Below, one piece after another: positions 57,706 to 64,000 of a stretch of DNA of 64,000 bases. Source of the DNA: Macrostomum hystrix (taxonomy: Eukaryota > Animalia > Platyhelminthes). The position numbers and the translations under genes are program-made. How positions within the stretch are numbered: the first letter of the stretch is position 1; each line of letters opens with the position of its first letter. The notes below the pieces were generated by a model. The model saw only the letters and a program-made list of their open reading frames with translations. It ran no database searches and had not been told where the DNA came from. The stretch is from the NCBI GenBank assembly GCA_950097015.1, contig CATNEN010000039.1:8680001-8744000 (forward strand), in the 5' to 3' direction.

Positions 57706-58294
57706 AATCAAATATAAATCAAATACAGAATGGAATGGAAAGGGGTGAAAAATAAATGGAGCCGGAGAATGGATGGGAAGGGTAACTGTAAATCCAAGCC
57801 GCATGCTAGAGTACAAGCTATGTGCGATAGAAGGCTCATTTTAAGAGTTCAGACATGAATACGTTTATATTGTCCGACTGCGGCCAACCGCCAGGTGCAT
57901 GCATAATCCCGGCAATAAAACTTAAGCCTTCGTGGCTAATCCGAGTCTAGGGGATTACGTTCAGCCGCTAGAAATCGCGGCTACTCGAATTAGATTTCGA
58001 ATAAGAATTTCAGACCCTTCTCCGTCTGATCCAAAGTGAAGGGCTTGAAGCCGCCTGATAAATTGAGATTTCATCTCTATCCCCTTTCCCATCACTCCCC
58101 TGTAACCAAGGCCCGCTGTTGCTCTACAGCCAGCCCTTTCCGCAATTTTTTTTCGAATTTGACGCGAAGCCGGAATAAGGATTGCATCCGCAATTACTGT
58201 CGCTGTTTTTTTTAGCAAACAAAACATGGAGCAACTTTGTTAACTTCGCGCTAGGACGCGATACTCTAGATTCGTGGATAAAACTTTTGCTGGC

Positions 58295-58435
58295 GGAATT
58301 CGGCGACACTCGACCCGCAGCAAGAGAGGATGAGGCAATTCTGACCATTTCTGACGATATCTGTGCGCGCGTGTACTCAGGAGTCAGAACTGTCACTTCG
58401 CTGTCTGCTGGTCTAGTGTCAACAAATGATGTGTC
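58295..58435. mobile_element. SINE family 1 tail fragments in opposite orientations
   Basis: gacactcgacccgcagc..gaggcaattctg (-) followed by tactcaggagtcag..ggtctagtgtcaacaaatgatgtg (+). Confidence 0.55.
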
Positions 58436-58465
58436 AGCCCATCGTGAATTTTTTACTAATAATTT

Positions 58466-59222
58466 GCTACTATTGGCGCCACCCCCTAGCCACCATCGGC
58501 GCCATCCCCTAGCTAGCTCGTACTATTGGCGCCACCCCTAGCTACAATTGGCGCCACCCCTAGCTACTATAGGCGCCACCCCTAGCTACTATCGGTGCCA
58601 CCCCCAAGCCACTATTGGTGCAATCACCTAGCTACTATTGGCGCCACTACCCAGCTATCATCAGCGCAACCCCTAGCTAACATCGGCGCCACCCCTAGCT
58701 AACATCGGCGCCACCCCTAGCTAACATCGGCGCCACCCCTAGCTAACATCGGCGCCACCCCTAGCTACCATCGGCGCCACCCCTAGCTACCATCGGCGCC
58801 ACCCCTAGCTACCATCGGCGCCACCCCTAGCTACCATCGGCGCCACCCCTAGCTACCATCGGCGCCACCCCTAGCTACCATCGGCGCCACCCCTAGCTAC
58901 CATCGGCGCCACCCCTAGCTACCATCGGCGCCACCCCTAGCTACCATCGGCGCCACCCCTAGCTACCATCGGCGCCACCCCTAGCTAACATCGGCGCCAC
59001 CCCTAGCTACCATCGGCGCCACCCCTAGCTACCATCGGCGCCATCCCTAGCTACCATCGGCGCCACCCCTAGCTACCATCGGCGCCACCCCTAGCTACCA
59101 TCGGCGCCACCCCTAGCTAACATCGGCGCCACCCCTAGCTACCATCGGCGCCACCCCTAGCTACCATCGGCGCCACCCCTTAGCTACTGTTGGCGCCAAC
59201 TTGGCTACTTTTGGCGCCCCTA
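58466..59222. repeat. ~21-22-bp minisatellite
   Basis: Tandem CCATCGGCGCCACCCCTAGCTA units. Confidence 0.96.
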
Positions 59223-60249
59223 GCAACAATCACAACAGGCTCCGAGTCCATCAGTACAAAACCTGGCACTGAATGGTTAACATTGTGGGGCAGTAATTTC
59301 CTGGGAAAAACTCCCACTGTGCGTAATATCCTTCGAGCCAAGACGGTGCTACCCCAGCTCCCGATTGCATCCGGTCAGCGCGCGAGTCGAGTAAATCCCA
59401 GCCCCCTGCCCCTCAGGAAGTTCGCCCTGGCAACTAATTTTTTATAATAGCAATTTAATGCAATGCCCTTGGCTAAAAACTCGCATGCTATACTCCAATG
59501 ATATGATGCAGCTTCCGCTAGCTACCGTCTGCTTTTAGTCATCAACGCTACATCGAGGCCAAACTCATTGATTTCTGTCTACAAGGCGTGCCGCTGACAG
59601 CCCTAAGAGCCTAGCAAAATATTCTAAATCGATATACGAGCGTATTTTATTACTCTCAGATATAATTACTAGTTTGTCTGATCAGATCTCGCACCAAGGT
59701 TCATTTGTTTCGCATTCGCGGCTTAGGGTGGTATTTAATACAAGCTTTAGCTTAATATTTAATGGTCTGTTCAATGATGTAAGAAACAAAGTGTCCCGCC
59801 CTTCATCTTCTAGTGGTCCTTGCTTCAACCATGTAAAATGTTACATATACAAAGCTGTAGCTCGTAGTTGCAAAAATATTCCCTTTACGGTATTGAAAGA
59901 TAAAGAAAACTTTTCGAAACTTTGCTGCAATGATCAAACAGAAATTTTTTAATGACTTTAAATATTAATCGTAAATGTACGAGCTATATATCAATATTAC
60001 ACTATTATATATCTAGTCAGACAAACAGTAGCAAAGCCAAAAAGCCAACAAAGGAGAAAATAGGGGAAATTTATGTTCAAGAAAATTCAGCTGCTTTCAT
60101 ATAGCAAGGTGGCCAGAGAGAGAGAGAGACTGAACACTAACAACACTGAGTCACCCTGTCTGCTTGTGTACTTCATTAGAAAGGCTGATGTATCAAAGGT
60201 GGGCGGACCGATGCGTTCGCTCGAACATTTAGTGCCTGCGATAGGTTTT

Positions 60250-60890
60250 TGTTCTGATCGATCTTACATTCTGAGGCTGGCTGTTGAGTGGGGTGGGTGT
60301 TAGTTCTGATCGATCTTACATTCTGAGGCTGGCTGTTGAGTGGGGTGGGTGTTAGTTCTGATCGATCTTACATTCTGAGGCTAGCTGTTGAGTGGGGTGG
60401 GTGTTAGTTCTGATCGATCTTACATTCTGAGGCTGGCTGTTGAGTGGGGTGGGTGTTAGTTCTGATCGATCTTACATTCTGAGGCTGGCTGTTGAGTGGG
60501 GTGGGTGTTAGTTCTGATCGAGCGTTCACTGGCTGCGGAGTGGGGTGGGTGTTAGTTCTGATCGAGCGTTCACTGGCTGCGGAGTGGGGTGGGTGTTAGT
60601 TCTGATCGAGCGTTCACTGGCTGCGGAGTGGGGTGGGTGTTAGTTCTGATCGAGCGTTCACTGGCTGCGGAGTGGGGTGGTGTTAGTTCTGATCGAGCGT
60701 TCACTGGCTGCGGAGTAGGTTAGGTGCTGGTTCTGATCGTACATTCAGAGGCTGGCTGTTGAGTGGGGGTGTGTGTTAGTTGCTATCGGCGTGGATTCAG
60801 AGCATTGTGGAGTGGGGCGGGTGTTGGTTCTGATCGATCGTACATTCAGAGGCTGGCTGTTAAGTGGGGTGGGTGTTGGTTCTGATCGTG
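60250..60890. repeat. Compound ~53/45-bp G-rich minisatellite
   Basis: Units containing GAGTGGGGTGGGTGTTAGTTCTGATCG. Confidence 0.92.
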
Positions 60891-61608
60891 CTAACACTCA
60901 AGATTAGGCTTTGAGTTGCAGTTCTTTAACGAGCAAACAAATCATGTCGAAAACTAAGCAGACATTTAAACCCTTTTTTTTACTCAAAAAAAGCAGTTCA
61001 GCACACTATATAGACTAAACTATATAACAAGTGACAGAAAAGAAACAGTCTTTAGCAGCAATAAAATAGAGCGACAGTTTGGCGCGCAAGAAAACAAGAC
61101 GGCGAGAGTGCGAGCCACATCCCCGCAGGGAAGGAGACAGAAGCCTTTTACCATAGAACAAGCTGCAAGAACGTCACTTTTGACTGATTGGCTGGCGCTT
61201 TAGATAAAACAATGTGATAAGAATAATAGAAAAATACAACACGGAGAAGGAACCGTTTCTGAAGGGGGAAATTGTCATTTAGAGGTCAAAAAACGGCTAA
61301 TTCTATTCTTCGCATTCTATACGCAATCCTGACACAGATTATAACTGGGCCTATGCGATTTTGTAATAAAATTTAATCTTACACATTACCAAAGGAAGCC
61401 ATTAAAAGTTTCAATGGACGACAGAATTTATTCGTACCTAGACTTTCTGTAGTAACACAACAGCACAAGCTGAACAATTATAAATAAGCCAGCTGTAAAT
61501 AAATAGTGAATTGTAAGCGTAGACAAAGCAGATAATACTTAAGCCAAAGAAGCCAGTGACTGCAGTAGCTCGACAATGGAAGGCCCGGCCTTCAAAAAGA
61601 GAGATCCA

Positions 61609-62088
61609 AGACAGTGAGACAGTGAGACAGTGAGACAGTGAGACAGTGAGACAGTGAGACAGTGAGACAGTGAGACAGTGAGACAGTGAGACAGTGAGAC
61701 AGTGAGACAGTGAGACAGTGAGACAGTGAGACAGTGAGACAGTGAGACAGTGAGACAGTGAGACAGTGAGACAGTGAGACATTGAGACAGTGAGACATTG
61801 AGACAGTGAGACAGTGAGACAGTGAGACAGTGAGACAGTGAGACAGTGAGACAGTGAGACAGTGAGACAGTGAGACAGTGAGACAGTGAGACAGTGAGAC
61901 AGTGAGACAGTGAGACAGTGAGACAGTGAGACAGTGAGACAGTGAGACAGTGAGAGTGAGAGGAAGAGGGAGAAGGAGAGGGAGAAGGAGAGGGAGAGGG
62001 AGAAGGAGAGGGAGAGGGAGAAGGAGAGGGAGAACGAGAGGAAGGGGGAGAAGGAGAGGGAGAGGGAGAAGGAGAAGGAGGAAGAGAG
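61609..62088. repeat. (GACAGTGA)n followed by a GGAGAR purine tract
   Basis: Direct reading. Confidence 0.97.
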
Positions 62089-62547
62089 CAGTGGTGGACA
62101 ATCTCGCACGGACATAACAGGCGCAGGAGGCGAATATTTTATGACGAAATTACTAACAAGAGACACAAAAACGAAATCACGTATCAATAAAAAGTCTAAA
62201 CACTACAAAGCGGAGAAGACAGTAACTGTTTATAAAAAGGGAGCCAAGAGACACCAGTACAATGGAAATAAACTTTTTTGTTGTAAATAATCAAAGCAGA
62301 CAAACGATTTCCCCATTTTTTTCTTTAGCTTATTTACTTTCTTTTTGACAACATGCTACAAAATACTGTGAGTAGTGTTAACAAAGTTTTTAAAAAGTTT
62401 CTTTTCTCATCTTCCATCGAAAATGGTTGTAAATGACTAGTTAATCATATTATTAAACGAAAATCAACACAGAAACGAGAAAAACAGCAGGTTTAAGACG
62501 CGGTACAAAACCAATAAAGAAAAGCAAACTTCTACGATTTTTTGCGA

Positions 62548-62895
62548 CTGTGGAGTGGGGTGGCTGCTGGTTCTGATCGTGTGTACTCTCACTGGCTGTG
62601 GAGTGGGGTGGCTGCTGGTTCTGATCGTGTGTACTCTCACTGGCTGTGGAGTGGGGTGGCTGCTGGTTCTGATCGTGTGTACTCTCACTGGCTGTGGAGT
62701 GGGGTGGCTGCTGGTTCTGATCGTGTGTACTCTCACTGGCTGTGGAGTGGGGTGGCTGCTGGTTCTGATCGCGCGTACACTTGCAGGCTGTGGAGTGGGA
62801 GTATATTATAATTAAGCGTACACTCTGACTGGTTAGTGGGGTGAGAGTATATTATAATTAAGCGTATACCCTGACTGTGGAGTGGGGTGGGTGCT
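62548..62895. repeat. 47-48-bp minisatellite in the presumptive Rap 3' UTR
   Basis: Tandem CTGTGGAGTGGGGTGGCTGCTGGTTCTGATCGTGTGTACTCTCACTGG units. Confidence 0.93.
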
Positions 62896-63124
62896 GTTTT
62901 GGATGAAATTCAACAAAAACTTTAACAAAATATCTGTTTTATCAGAATACGAACAACGTGAGACTCCAAATAGATCCGCGGTTTGTTCAGATTTAGCTGT
63001 CATAGCTCTGCACAGGTCACAAGGATGAATTCTTTTTTGGTCATTAAACTCGAAAAACAACACGACAGGAGGGAGCAAGTGAGAAAAACAACACTTGTGG
63101 CGATAGCTGCTCAACAGCTCGAGC

Positions 63125-63220
63125 TCACAGCAGAGCGCATTTCGATTTGCGCTTCTTGGTGTCGCGACGCAGAACATCAGCTGTGCGACGATTGATCAGC
63201 CGGACCAGGTCTAGGAAGCT
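63125..63220 (-). CDS. Terminal exon of a Rap1-like small GTPase; the rest of the gene is beyond the right edge
   Basis: cttccacag|SFLDLVRLINRRTADVLRRDTKKRKSKCALL* resembles the Rap1 C-terminus (F.DLVR.INR, polybasic tract, CaaL). Not in the ORF track. Confidence 0.85.
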   Translation of the reverse strand, partial: SFLDLVRLINRRTADVLRRDTKKRKSKCALL

Positions 63221-63331
63221 CTGTGGAAGTTTTATTCATATTTTAAGAACAATTTTCGTTGCTTGCTACTTTTAGTAGTTCACAATGGAGTTCATAGTAC
63301 ATTTTTGTCAGACTTGCAATGGGTAGATAGA

Positions 63332-64000
63332 GAGTGCCGAGGGGAGCTAGGGAGTGCCGAGGGGAGCTAGGGAGTGCCGACGGAAGCTAGGGGGTGTCGA
63401 GGTGCCGAGGGGAGCTAGTGAGTGCCGACGGAAGCTAGGGGGTGTCGAGGTGTCGAGAGGAGCTAGGGAGTGCCGAGGGGAGCTAGGGAGTGCCGAGGGG
63501 AGCTAGGGAGTGCCGAGGGCAGCTAGGGAGTGCCGAGGGGAGCTAGGGAGTGTCGAGAGGAGCTAGGGAGTGCCGAGAGGAGCTAGGAGGTTCCGATAGT
63601 AGATAGCAAAAGGGGTTCCGATGGTAGGTAGCTAATGGGTTCCGATAGTAGGTAGCTAAAGGGGTTCCGATAGTAGGTAGTTAATGGGTTCCGATGGTAG
63701 GTAGTTAATGGGTTCCGATGGTAGGTAGCTAATGGGTTCCGATAGTAGGTAGCTAATGGGTTCCGATGGTAGGTAGCTAATGGGTTCCGATAGTAGGTAG
63801 TTAATGGGTTCCGATGGTAGGTAGCTAATGGGTTCCGATAGTAGGTAGCTAAAGGGGTTCCGATGGTAGGTAGTTAATGGGTTCCGATGGTAGGTAGTTA
63901 ATGGGTTCCGATGGTAGGTAGTTAATGGGTTCCGATGGTAGGTAGCTAATGGGTTCCGATAGTAGGTAGCTAATGGGTTCCGATGGTAGGTAGCTAAGGG
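63332..64000. repeat. Two adjacent minisatellites (20-bp GGGAGCTAGGGAGTGCCGAG; 24-bp GGGTTCCGATGGTAGGTAGCTAAT)
   Basis: Direct reading. Confidence 0.95.

Overview
Eukaryotic (animal) genomic DNA with GC-rich exons, AT-rich introns and a very high load of 20-90 bp minisatellites. This composition suggests a free-living flatworm such as Macrostomum (inference, not shown directly). The minus strand carries four consecutive spliced genes: a SOWAH-like ankyrin protein (~31.5-18.2 kb), ZRSR2/U2AF35-related factor (17.2-14.7 kb), AMPK alpha (13.8-9.0 kb) and an unidentified coiled-coil protein (<5 kb). The first three are spaced like a trans-spliced operon. The plus strand carries an ARHGAP12/15-family PH-RhoGAP, an intronless secreted C-type lectin and an intronless orphan rhodopsin-type GPCR. 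The last exon of a Rap1-like GTPase lies near the right end. Mobile DNA includes an internally deleted mariner, MITEs, two tRNA-derived SINE families (one CORE-type), a probable solo LTR and a decayed LINE endonuclease fragment. The most notable observations are a degenerate HDV-like ribozyme at the 5' end of that LINE, the operon/SL-AUG arrangement, a hammerhead-core-like motif in one SINE family, a 27-nt AMPK microexon and a 1556-bp tandem duplication of candidate exons. Exon boundaries were read by eye.
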